This document shows, piece by piece, positions 50,842 through 60,241 of a stretch of 64,000 bases of DNA. Each line of letters begins with the position of its first letter. Position 1 is the stretch's first letter. Under the pieces are notes generated by a model. The model had not been told where the DNA came from. It did no database searches and saw nothing but the letters and a program-made list of their open reading frames with translations. Source of the DNA: an uncultured delta proteobacterium (GTDB lineage Bacteria; Desulfobacterota; Binatia; UBA9968); the NCBI GenBank assembly GCA_963745035.1, contig CAVUVW010000014.1:928001-992000 (forward strand), written 5' to 3'. The translations under genes were made by a program, and so were the position numbers.

Positions 50842-51287
50842 GGCAACCTCCGCGCGTGCTCGATTCGCGCGGAGCATACTCGCATTGCTACTCTGGGTTC
50901 AAGGGGGATTTAATCGCGATCGGATGACCGCGTGATGAACGGTGCCGTCAAACGCGAGTTTAAGTGCCAGGCTGAGCGCGTCCATCGTCACCGCTCCTGC
51001 ACGGGCTGGTTGGTCCATGCAGATGACGCGAATATAGGAAGTGATAACTGACAAATTTCGACAAGGGCTCATATACTGTGGATTACGAGTTCGGAAAAAG
51101 CTGGTCAGTGACACGTGGCACTTCTGCACGAATCGCTGAGTGGCCGACCCATAGTTGCATTTCATCCGAACGGTTGCCGGTTGATGAGATGCTCTGCAAT
51201 GAATGCATCGTCAAGAACCAGCACGGCGAATGTAAGAGAGTTTCGAGCAGTCCTTCGTGGCCGCGGCAGCATCGCGCCGGTCTTGTT

Positions 51288-54050
51288 TCACGCGGACGAC
51301 AATGCGGACTGGACCGTTTTTACCACGGCATCGACGGAATACGGTTTGTGGATATAATCCTTGACTCCGGCGCCGAAAAGCTCGGATTTTAGTTCCGGCT
51401 CCAAATAGCCCGTAGTGACGATGATCTTGGTGGTGGGATCTTGTTTTTTCATAAACCGAATCACGTCGGCGCCGGTCACTTTAGGCAAACCGAGATCCAT
51501 CAGCACAATATCAATCTTGTCTCTGTTCTGCCGGTAAAGCTCGATGGCTTCTTCGCCATCCATGGCGATGATGCTCTGGTAACCCGCTTTCACCAGAGCG
51601 TTCGTCAAAAGCAGGACCATGGGCTGCTCGTCTTCGACAACTAAGACGGTGCCGCGATGACTCGCAGATTTTGCCGGCAGGGTGTCGCCCGTGGGACTCC
51701 CGGTCAAAGGTGACGGTTGGCTTTGCTGCACGACAGGCAGATACAGCCGAAACGTACTGCCGCGGCCGGGCTCGCTTTCAACGTCAACCACGCCGTGATG
51801 ATTCCTCATGATGCCGTAGACCATCGCGAGCCCGAGCCCCGTCCCTTCACCGAACCCCTTCGTCGTAAAAAAGGGCTCAAAAATCCGCGACCGCACGCCT
51901 TCTTCCATTCCTAATCCGTTGTCGATGATCGAGATGCAAACGTACGGATCAATCGCATCTTCCGTAACGAGGCGCTGCATTCTATCGGCCTCGATACGCT
52001 CGGTGGCAAGAATCAGCTCGCCGCCCGTAGGCATGGCATCCCGGGCATTCACGCAGATGTTGAGCAGCGCCTGGTTGATCTGATTCGAATCGGCGAGCAC
52101 CGCCGGTAGCGTAGATCCAAGGTTCAACCGCACTTCGATGGTTCTGGGAAAAATCTGCTTGATCAATTCGCTGACGCTGACAACAATGGAGTTCGCATCG
52201 GTAGGCCGCAAGAGCGTTTCTGTCTTGCGCGCCAGGGTAAGGAGCTGGCGCACCACCGACGCGCCCCGTTCAATTTCCTCATCGATGATTTTGACGCTAT
52301 CGAGAATTTGCTGGTCCGCCGGGTAGCGGGCTCTGAGCAGCATGGCATAGGCCTTGATGATGTTGAGACTGTTGTTGAAATCATGGGCGATGCCGCCGGC
52401 GAGAGTTCCGATGCTCTCCATCTTCTGCGCCTGACGAAGCTGTTGTTCCAGTTTTTTCTGGTCTTCGAGGTTTTTTACCAGAGCGGTGTTGGCCCGTTCG
52501 AGATCGGCGGTGCGCCGCTGCACGCGCCGCTCGAGCTGTTCGTTCGCTTTGAGCAAATCGTCTTTCGCTTGCGCCAGCAGTTCTTCGGAGCGTCTGCGCT
52601 CGATAAAGCGGCCCACCTGGCTGCCGATATCGCCTGTAATGCGCAGAAAATCATCGTCGAGGGCGCGGACCTCGCGGCTGAAGCATTCGATCATGCCGAC
52701 GGCTTCGCCGCCCACGTTGATCGGGAAGCCAAAGGCCGCGCGCAGTCCTTCTTGAGCGGCGAGCGGAGCCCGCGGGAAATTCCCGTCCTTTGTCACGTCG
52801 GGAATCCAGGTCGGTTCGGCGCTCTGCCACACTCTACCGGGAAGACCGACTCCGGAAGCAAACTTTCGCTGCCGGCTGTCCGCTTCGAACAAGGGAGCTT
52901 CCAGAGACGGGACTTGCCAGACCTCCAAACACGACAGTTGGTTCGCTTCTCTATCCACATACCAGAGCGCGCCGCTGCTCCATTTGGCGCGCTCGCACAG
53001 CACCTGAAGGATCTTGGAGCTGGCATTTTGGAGATCCGGAGAGTCGGCCAGAATACGACTGACCGCCTCTTGCACCTCGAGCCGCTGCTCCGTTCGTGCA
53101 TGCTCGGTAACAACGGAAGCGAGGACGAGCGCAGCCATAGCGATGGTGCCGGTAAATCCTTGCAGGTAGAGGAGAGATTGGTGGGTTTCTCCGGTCGCGA
53201 ATGGCCCGGTGCCGCGCAGAACGCCCGTCAAGGCGACGGCAAACGTGAGAAATGCGGCCGTAACCGCGCCGCGTTGACCGTATCGAAATGCTGCCCAGAG
53301 GAGCGGGAGAATAGCCAGGAATTCCAGGCCCGGACGTGTCTGGTACATGAAAGCGAAGTAGCCGGTGAGTGCGAGTGTTAGCAGAAGTCCCACGGCTTCG
53401 AGGATTCGGCTAAGCTTCAAAGTTGGATACGGCTGCGTGGCCCAAATTACCAGGACCGGACCTGCTAATAATACCCCGGTGATGTCTCCCAACCACCAAG
53501 TGAGCCAGATGTCCCCGTAACTGCTCCACGGCACATAGCCGCCAAGGGCGAGACTCGTGACGCCGAAGGTCGCGCTAACCGTGGTGCTCAGGAATGCCGC
53601 GAGCAAAACGAACTTGAAAATATTTCTTGCCCGCTCGAAAACCTTCGGACCGTTGGCGAACTGTTGAATCAGCCAAGCGCCTAAGAGACTCTCGAGCGTA
53701 TTGCCGGCGGCTATACCCAGAGTTGTGAGCAGTGTGCCTTGAGTGGTGATGTTGACCAGGAATGCGCCAAGAAATACACCCGGCCAAAGTCGATAGCCCC
53801 AAAGGAGAACGGCCGCGAAAGCCAGACCGCTCGGCGGCCAAACCATCGAGGCACTCGGATGGATGATCGCCAGCGAAAGGCCGAACTTACCGGTGATAAA
53901 ATAAAGCGCCGCGAGCGCAAGTATTGCGACCAACTCGCGCGGTTCCGGTTTTAAAGTCGTGTGTGGGCCTGCCGGCATAAGAGAACGGTGAGAAAGTTTT
54001 CCCGCCTCGCTCTTCGTTCCTTCAACCCGGGTACTGGGTAGGCCGATCAT
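51288..54050 (-). CDS. MASE1-GAF hybrid histidine kinase/receiver
   Basis: WPPSG, WWLGD, GLPGRVW, GGIAHDFNN, FFTTK, GTGLGL, receiver domain; start could be 53978. Confidence 0.93.
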   Translation of the reverse strand: MIGLPSTRVEGTKSEAGKLSHRSLMPAGPHTTLKPEPRELVAILALAALYFITGKFGLSLAIIHPSASMVWPPSGLAFAAVLLWGYRLWPGVFLGAFLVNITTQGTLLTTLGIAAGNTLESLLGAWLIQQFANGPKVFERARNIFKFVLLAAFLSTTVSATFGVTSLALGGYVPWSSYGDIWLTWWLGDITGVLLAGPVLVIWATQPYPTLKLSRILEAVGLLLTLALTGYFAFMYQTRPGLEFLAILPLLWAAFRYGQRGAVTAAFLTFAVALTGVLRGTGPFATGETHQSLLYLQGFTGTIAMAALVLASVVTEHARTEQRLEVQEAVSRILADSPDLQNASSKILQVLCERAKWSSGALWYVDREANQLSCLEVWQVPSLEAPLFEADSRQRKFASGVGLPGRVWQSAEPTWIPDVTKDGNFPRAPLAAQEGLRAAFGFPINVGGEAVGMIECFSREVRALDDDFLRITGDIGSQVGRFIERRRSEELLAQAKDDLLKANEQLERRVQRRTADLERANTALVKNLEDQKKLEQQLRQAQKMESIGTLAGGIAHDFNNSLNIIKAYAMLLRARYPADQQILDSVKIIDEEIERGASVVRQLLTLARKTETLLRPTDANSIVVSVSELIKQIFPRTIEVRLNLGSTLPAVLADSNQINQALLNICVNARDAMPTGGELILATERIEADRMQRLVTEDAIDPYVCISIIDNGLGMEEGVRSRIFEPFFTTKGFGEGTGLGLAMVYGIMRNHHGVVDVESEPGRGSTFRLYLPVVQQSQPSPLTGSPTGDTLPAKSASHRGTVLVVEDEQPMVLLLTNALVKAGYQSIIAMDGEEAIELYRQNRDKIDIVLMDLGLPKVTGADVIRFMKKQDPTTKIIVTTGYLEPELKSELFGAGVKDYIHKPYSVDAVVKTVQSALSSA

Positions 54051-54089
54051 AGTCGAAGTTCAACAATCTTGCATCAGTATTGAACCGCG

Positions 54090-54528
54090 TCGACAGCTCC
54101 CAATCCCCGCAAGCGTAACAAAGCTCTCCGTGTGCCGACGGAGAAATAGGTGGTCTGCTAGGTGGCCAATGATGATGCCAAACGAAGCTTGCCACGGCAG
54201 GACGTCGAGCATGATCGTTACCGATCTTTCGAGCCGAATTCATGCACGTGCTGAAGCCAGTTGAACGCACGTTCCACCATCGACGAACCCTATGGGTGCG
54301 ATCGAGCGCGGTAATTTTCGCCACGAAGCGTTGCGTGATACCAAAATGTCGGCCTTCGAAGGCAAAAACGTCGCCGAGTTCCAATAGCCCGTGAAGGCGC
54401 CGGGCTCAACAACGCGCTCCGACGAAAACGCGGCCGATTCGAGCGTGCGGCATTCACGTCCGCGAGCAACGTCGAAGACAGCGCTCGAACGGCGCGTGGA
54501 TTCTAGTTTCGACCATGATCGCGCCCAT
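54090..54528 (-). pseudogene. SRPBCC-family protein, multiply frameshifted
   Basis: ETRIHAPFERC, FEGRHFGITQRFVAKIT pieces in different frames. Confidence 0.55.
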
Positions 54529-54537
54529 CCGGTGATG

Positions 54538-55809
54538 CTATTCCTCCGGCTTGAAATCCAGCATGCCCTGAAACTCCAAACCTTCGATCTCCTGGAGAGT
54601 TTTGCCGGCGATGCCTTGGAGGTCGCCGTACATGCCCACGGTGGCTTGCATGACGCGGTCGATTTGCTCTTCGCGCTTGGCCCATTGGCGGGTGATGGCC
54701 TTCTTTTCGCGGTCGAGGTCTTCTTTCATCGACGAAAAGGCTTCGACGAGAGCTTGAACGCGCTGGCGAAAGCGCGGACCGATGAGATAGTTGTACACCA
54801 TTTCCATTTTGGTCTGCTGGCCTTCGGACGCTTGGCGGATGCCGGCGACTTCGATCAGCGTGTGGCGCAGCGACATGGCGACGGGCAGCGCAACTTTCGG
54901 GTCGGCGACCCAGACGCCGTCGATGAAGCCGAAGGTTTCAATGTCCTTCGGCAGCGCCTGGCTGACGATCACGGCGATCTCCGCCTTGGCGGCGCGCTGG
55001 TCCTCGCGCAGCTTGGGCAGCCAGCCGTCGCTCCAATTCTTCGTCCGCTTGGATTCCCAGAGGATCGTGCCGCAGATCTGATTTGCCGGGCCAAAGACGC
55101 GGTGGAGCACGTCGCCGCCGAACTCGCCCTTGGGCACGGGGCGGATGGTATCGCGCGGAAATTTTGCCGCGAGCAGGGCTTCGAGCTCCAGTTCCAAAAC
55201 TTCGCCTTGAAGCTGCTGGGAGCCCTGCTCGGCGCGGCGTCTGAGCTCCTCGATCTGCTTTTGCATGGCGCTGATGGTCTGGTCTTTCTCCATCACCTTC
55301 AACTTCAGCTCTTCCTCGGCTTCCTTCTTGGCTTTGTCCCGCTCGGCGGCGAGATCGGCCTGGACTTTTTTCTCGATCGTTAGATCGAGCTCGCGCTTGG
55401 CGTCGTCCAACTCGCGCTGCTTACGCATCAACTCGGCCTGGGCTTGCTGGGCCTCGGCAAGCTTCGCATTATTTTGTTTCAGAATCGCCTGAAGACCCTC
55501 GATTTCTTTGACTTTCTGTTCGAGGTCGCCGCCGAGAGCGAGTTTCGCTTTATGAGCTTCTTCGGCGGCGATGCGGGTTCGTTCCTGCTGAAGCTTTTGG
55601 GCGATTTGCTGGTCCAGCGTCTGTTTCGTTTTCTCGAGCGATTGCGCTCGCTCGGTGAGGGCGTGCTCGCGCTTGGCGATATCGGCGTCCTTCTGCATCA
55701 TGCGGCGCTCGTAATCTTGCCGCACGGATTCGAGCAGCGGCGCGGCGAGCGATTCCGTCAGCTTGATTTCGGATCTGCACTGCGGACAAAAAACCGTGGG
55801 CTCGGTCAT
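54538..55809 (-). CDS. DUF2130 coiled-coil protein
   Basis: CPQC, long coiled coil, GSQQLQGEVLE, ILWESKRTKNWSDGW. Confidence 0.88.
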   Translation of the reverse strand: MTEPTVFCPQCRSEIKLTESLAAPLLESVRQDYERRMMQKDADIAKREHALTERAQSLEKTKQTLDQQIAQKLQQERTRIAAEEAHKAKLALGGDLEQKVKEIEGLQAILKQNNAKLAEAQQAQAELMRKQRELDDAKRELDLTIEKKVQADLAAERDKAKKEAEEELKLKVMEKDQTISAMQKQIEELRRRAEQGSQQLQGEVLELELEALLAAKFPRDTIRPVPKGEFGGDVLHRVFGPANQICGTILWESKRTKNWSDGWLPKLREDQRAAKAEIAVIVSQALPKDIETFGFIDGVWVADPKVALPVAMSLRHTLIEVAGIRQASEGQQTKMEMVYNYLIGPRFRQRVQALVEAFSSMKEDLDREKKAITRQWAKREEQIDRVMQATVGMYGDLQGIAGKTLQEIEGLEFQGMLDFKPEE

Positions 55810-55854
55810 GACTCACTCCAAGATCGCGGGTTTCTGTAGCTGCCCGACGAACTC

Positions 55855-55933
55855 ACCGCGGAGGCGCAGAGCACGCCGAGAGGAGTTTCCCATAAAGATT
55901 TTCCGAACTCCGCGAGCTCTGTGCCTCCGCGGT
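55855..55933. repeat. REP-like palindromic element, copy 1
   Basis: ACCGCGGAGGCGCAGAG...CTCTGTGCCTCCGCGGT. Confidence 0.8.
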
Positions 55934-55985
55934 AAAATGTCTTTTTCAATCTCACTTGCGGCTTCGCCGCGCCAGCTACTTGTGG

Positions 55986-56405
55986 TTAGATCCTCTTTAC
56001 CGTCTGCGGGCCGACTTTTTCGATGTTGACGCGGATGATCACGCGCTTCTCGTCTACCATCTGTTTTTTGTATTCGTCCCAGTTTTTGTGCTCGCCGCGC
56101 ACCTGCTTGTACCAGTAAACCAGGGTGTCCATCGCCTCGGGCAGATCGATGATCTCCGCCGTGCCGTGGACCTGCACGAACTTCGAGCCGCTGTATTGCT
56201 CGCCGAAGATGAGCATGGAAACCCGCGGGTCGCGGCGGAGGTGCTTGACTTTATACGTCGTGCCGCGCGAGGTGAGGATCACTCTACCCTGAGCGTCGAT
56301 GCCGGGCGTGACGAGCGTCATCTGCGGCCACCCGTCTTTTTGCCGGACCGCGATACAGGCCCGGTGGTTTTGTTGCAAGAATTTTTGCGCATCGGCGATT
56401 TCCAT
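55986..56405 (-). CDS. PPOX-class (putative F420-dependent) oxidoreductase
   Basis: DGWPQ, KVKHLRRDPRVS, RVIIRV. Confidence 0.85.
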   Translation of the reverse strand: MEIADAQKFLQQNHRACIAVRQKDGWPQMTLVTPGIDAQGRVILTSRGTTYKVKHLRRDPRVSMLIFGEQYSGSKFVQVHGTAEIIDLPEAMDTLVYWYKQVRGEHKNWDEYKKQMVDEKRVIIRVNIEKVGPQTVKRI

Positions 56406-56426
56406 GTGGTCTCCTTTCAATTTCTT

Positions 56427-56666
56427 CTATCCATGCCCGTTGGTGCCCCAGGTTCGGCCGTCGATCCATAGTTTTGCCAGCTCAAGGGCGTAGGCGTCCG
56501 CCTGCCTCTGGGTGTCAAAAGTGCCGCGGCGCCGGCCGAAAATCGGAATGCGCTTTTCTTTTTTGCCTTCGACGATCACGATGGTTGCCCGCGCCATCCA
56601 TTCGCGCGCGCGAATCCTATCGGACTCAAGCTCCACCCGATGACCGCGGTAGGTTTTTATCCGCAT
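56427..56666 (-). CDS. Hypothetical protein
   Basis: YRGHRVEL...FDTQRQAD..ALELAKLWID. Confidence 0.65.
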   Translation of the reverse strand: MRIKTYRGHRVELESDRIRAREWMARATIVIVEGKKEKRIPIFGRRRGTFDTQRQADAYALELAKLWIDGRTWGTNGHG

Positions 56667-56677
56667 GATTCGAAATC

Positions 56678-56771
56678 AGTTTCTCGTTCCTAGTTTCTGG
56701 TTTCTAGTTGTCGGACACAATCATGCGCTAGTTCTGAAACACTAGAAACTCGAAACTTGGAACTAGAAACT
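56678..56771. repeat. Inverted heptamer array (AGTTTCT)n / (AGAAACT)n
   Basis: Four degenerate heptamers per arm, able to form a long hairpin. Confidence 0.75.
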
Positions 56772-57600
56772 AAATACTGGCTTTCCCGCCGTTGAGCTTG
56801 ATGCCCAATTTCGCCATCGCTTCCACGATCGGGATGTCCGCGCCGAGACTTTTGCCGACCTCGGCCGCGAGCGGCAGATCTTTATCGTAGAGATTCGTGC
56901 CCGGATTGAATCGCAGCTCGCCGCCGGCGAAGTCGTAGCGCGTGTCCCAGCGATCCAGGATGTGCTGCGACTTGGTTTTCTGCATCAGATCGAGGGCCGC
57001 TTTGTAGTCGACGCCGCCGGCCTTGGCGATCTGCAGCGCTTCGTAGACGATCAGCGCCTCGGAGGCGGTCACCATGTTCTTGAACAGTTTGGTGACGTTG
57101 CCGCAGCCGAGCGGTCCCATGTGGACGGCGTCCTTGGCCATGTTGAGCAAGTGCGGCTTGGCGCGCTGGAAAAACGCTTTTTGGCCGCCGACGAGGAAGG
57201 TCAAGCCGCCCTGGCGCACGACGCTGGGCACCGCGGTCATGCAGGCGTCGATGACGTTGACCCGCTTGTCCGCGGCGAGCTCGGCGACTTTCTTGGTCGT
57301 CGTCGGGCGAATCGTGCTGTGGAGCAGCACCAGCGCGCCCGGCGCGGCGCCTTCGAGAACGCCGTCGTTGCCGAGCATGCACTCGAGAACTTCCTGATCG
57401 GTGCGCACGACCACGTCGATGATCGTCGCGTTCTGCGCCACGGCCTTGGCGGATGGAGCGGTCTCGGCGCCTTCGGCGCGGGCGGCTTCCATGGCTTTAG
57501 GCGCGATGTCGAACGCCAATGCCTGAACGTTGGCCAATTTCAAACGCGACAAGAGCGCGCTGCCCATCGCCCCGGTTCCCACAAAGCCGATCTTTTCCAT
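56770..57600 (-). CDS. NAD(P)-dependent beta-hydroxyacid dehydrogenase family
   Basis: IGFVGTGAMG, HST, LTFLVGG, KLFKN, KDL. Confidence 0.9.
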   Translation of the reverse strand: MEKIGFVGTGAMGSALLSRLKLANVQALAFDIAPKAMEAARAEGAETAPSAKAVAQNATIIDVVVRTDQEVLECMLGNDGVLEGAAPGALVLLHSTIRPTTTKKVAELAADKRVNVIDACMTAVPSVVRQGGLTFLVGGQKAFFQRAKPHLLNMAKDAVHMGPLGCGNVTKLFKNMVTASEALIVYEALQIAKAGGVDYKAALDLMQKTKSQHILDRWDTRYDFAGGELRFNPGTNLYDKDLPLAAEVGKSLGADIPIVEAMAKLGIKLNGGKASI

Positions 57601-57653
57601 TTTAGTTACCTCCAGTTTTTGTCTTTCAAGGGCTTCCCCACAAAGGTCACAAC

Positions 57654-57738
57654 CACCGCAGAGGCGCAGAGCTCGCAGAGTTCGGAAAGTTTATCGATGG
57701 TCAACTCTTATCTCCGCGTACTTTGCGCCTCTGTGGTG
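57654..57738. repeat. REP-like palindromic element, copy 2 (inverted relative to copy 1)
   Basis: CACCGCAGAGGCGCAGAG...CTTTGCGCCTCTGTGGTG. Confidence 0.8.
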
Positions 57739-57795
57739 AGATTTCCAAACCCCGAGCGCCGGCAAATCCGCGCAGCTTATGAAATTGGTAAAATC

Positions 57796-58806
57796 TCAAT
57801 TCGCTCCGCTCAAGTTCGGCATTACGTGCCGGTGAAACAACTCCACGGAGCGCAGCGATTCCGCCAACGATAGATCGCCGAAGGCGAATTGGCCGACCAG
57901 ATAGTTGGCCGCCGACTCGTCGATCTGCGCCTGAAGAAATCTCAAAACCGCGTCGGGCTCGCCCGCGATCGCGTGGCCGATCGCCATCATCTTGTCGAAC
58001 GTCTCGGGGCGCGGGTGGGTCGGCTTGCCGCCGCGAATGGAATAGAGAAAATAAAAATGGCGGTGCCAGATCGGGTAAGCGCGCCGGGCCGCGGCGAGGG
58101 CTTCTTCGCCGTCTTCGGCAATCACGATGAAGCGGCTTTGGCCCAACTTCGCCGTCGGCGCGGCGCCGTGCAACTCACGCCAAACCCGGCGGTAGCGCTC
58201 GTTGTACGCGCGCGTGTCTTTTGCCGCGTCGAGGCTGATCATGTTGAGTCCTTGGCGCGCCGCGCGCTCGGCCGCCTCCACCGAGTGCACGCCGTACCAC
58301 ATCGGCGGATGGGGTTTTTGCAGCGGCTCGAGCTCCATCGGAATATCTTGGAAGGTGAAAAATTTTCCTTCGAAGGTCAGGCGCTTTTGCGTCAGGCCTT
58401 GCAGGATCAACGCCCGCGCCTCGGTGTAAATATCTTGCGCTTGCGCGGGGTCCTGGCCGTAAAAAGAAACTTCGGTCGGGGACGAGCCGCGGCCGAAGCC
58501 GATCTCGAGGCGCCCGCCGCTCAATTGATCGACCATGCAGATCTCTTCGATGAGCCGGAGCGGATGGTGCAAGGGCAGGGCGTAGACCATGGGTCCGAAG
58601 CGCAGCGTCTTCGTCCGTTGCGCGATGGCGGCGAGAAACACGCTCGGCGAAGGCGCCATGCCGATCGGCGTCGAGTGATGCTCGGCCACGTGATAGGCAT
58701 AAAAACCGGCGCGCTCGTAGGCTTCGATCAGCTTGAGGCGCGCTTCGTAAAATTCGTGCAGCGGCAGGTGGTTGCGATCCAGGTGGTCGAAGATGCCGAA
58801 TTCCAT
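57796..58806 (-). CDS. LLM-class flavin-dependent oxidoreductase
   Basis: AEHH, HPLRLIEE, DQLSGGRLEIGFGRG, PLQKPHPP. Confidence 0.92.
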   Translation of the reverse strand: MEFGIFDHLDRNHLPLHEFYEARLKLIEAYERAGFYAYHVAEHHSTPIGMAPSPSVFLAAIAQRTKTLRFGPMVYALPLHHPLRLIEEICMVDQLSGGRLEIGFGRGSSPTEVSFYGQDPAQAQDIYTEARALILQGLTQKRLTFEGKFFTFQDIPMELEPLQKPHPPMWYGVHSVEAAERAARQGLNMISLDAAKDTRAYNERYRRVWRELHGAAPTAKLGQSRFIVIAEDGEEALAAARRAYPIWHRHFYFLYSIRGGKPTHPRPETFDKMMAIGHAIAGEPDAVLRFLQAQIDESAANYLVGQFAFGDLSLAESLRSVELFHRHVMPNLSGAN

Positions 58807-58925
58807 CTCAGGCCGGATATATCGTGAATCCGCGCCAAATCAAAGGATGCAATTGGAATTCGGCGATCTTGTGCTGCAGGTTTCCAAGCATCTTGCCGCT
58901 GCCGACGCTTGGAACGTCTGAACAA

Positions 58926-59987
58926 TCAATCCAGGCTGTAAAACTTTCGCGGATTGTTATCGAGAATCTTCTCCACCGCCGCGGCGGCGATCCGTCGGTC
59001 GTTGCGCAGCAAATGAACCGCGTCGAGCTCGGTGGATGGGTCGTGATGGCCGTAGTCGGTGCCGATCATCAGACGATCCTCGCCGGCGTGAGCCAAGACG
59101 TAGGGCAGATCGTCGGTGTTCTCGCACGCCACCCACATGTTGTTGGCGGCGAGCGCGTCGCTTGGAAAAGGCTTGCCCTGGCGGCGGTAGCGGTCGGCGA
59201 GATCGTTCAGCACGTAGGGGACCCATTGGGCGCTCACTTCGACGAAACCCCAACGCACCTTGGGAAATTTCCCGGGCAGCTCTTTTTCGATCAACGTGTG
59301 GCAGGCGCCGACCACCGCCAGCTTGAATTTGGTAAAGCTGGTGTCGTCGGCGAAAAAGTCGTGATGGAGGAAGCTGCCGTTGGCGGAGTGAACGCAGACG
59401 GGCAGATCGAGATCCGTCGCGATCTGCCAGAGCGGATAAAAGTAAGGATGACCGAGCGAGCGCTCGCATTCGAGCCCGCGCATGAAAATACCGCAGGCGC
59501 CGTTGTCTTTGGCCCGCTCGAGCTCGTCTCGCACGGCCGACGGCGTTTTTTCGAGTAATCGGAGCGGCGGTTTCGCCACCCAGCGCAAGCGGCCCCCGCC
59601 TTGGCGCCAGAGATCGCCCATCCAGCGGTTGTAGGACTTGCAGAGCGCGCGCTCACGCTCGGCTTCCTGCACGATCGGCCGGAGAAACAGCGTCGGATAC
59701 AGCACCTGGATCTCGATGCCGAGCTTGTCCATGTGCGCGAGGCGCGCCTCGACGCTCAGCATTTCGCGAGATTCCTGGGACGTGTTGGTGCCGACATTGC
59801 GGTCTTTGCCGTGCGCCCGGCCTTCGATCACCCAGAAGTCGCGCACCGCGGCGCCTTCGTTACTGAGCAGGTCCGCTCCGAAGCTCTGTGTCATGAGCTG
59901 CGGCGTGAAGCGCCGTTCGCGCTCTTCCAGATAGCTCCAGGTCTGCACCGTCTCGATCACATGGGCATCGGCATCGATCGCTCCCAT
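58926..59987 (-). CDS. Amidohydrolase 2 family protein
   Basis: IDADAH, YPT, PVCVH, GTDYGH. Confidence 0.9.
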   Translation of the reverse strand: MGAIDADAHVIETVQTWSYLEERERRFTPQLMTQSFGADLLSNEGAAVRDFWVIEGRAHGKDRNVGTNTSQESREMLSVEARLAHMDKLGIEIQVLYPTLFLRPIVQEAERERALCKSYNRWMGDLWRQGGGRLRWVAKPPLRLLEKTPSAVRDELERAKDNGACGIFMRGLECERSLGHPYFYPLWQIATDLDLPVCVHSANGSFLHHDFFADDTSFTKFKLAVVGACHTLIEKELPGKFPKVRWGFVEVSAQWVPYVLNDLADRYRRQGKPFPSDALAANNMWVACENTDDLPYVLAHAGEDRLMIGTDYGHHDPSTELDAVHLLRNDRRIAAAAVEKILDNNPRKFYSLD

Positions 59988-60241
59988 CGAAATTCTCCTG
60001 CGCGAGCGGTCCGCTTACGCCGCCCGCTCCTCACCATGACATTGCGACAATTCTCAACCTGAGGCAGGTCTTAGCATGATCGCTTTGAAGCGATCAATCG
60101 TAGAACAATGGGTCGATGCGCGTCGCCGCTTGTGCCGGCCAGGGGGGCTGAACCGTTCGCGTTGACCTGCTAAAGTAATCTTCCGGTATGCCGTGCGTCT
60201 AACCACCGTTGCTGCGCGTGCAACGCTGAGCCAGGAAAACA

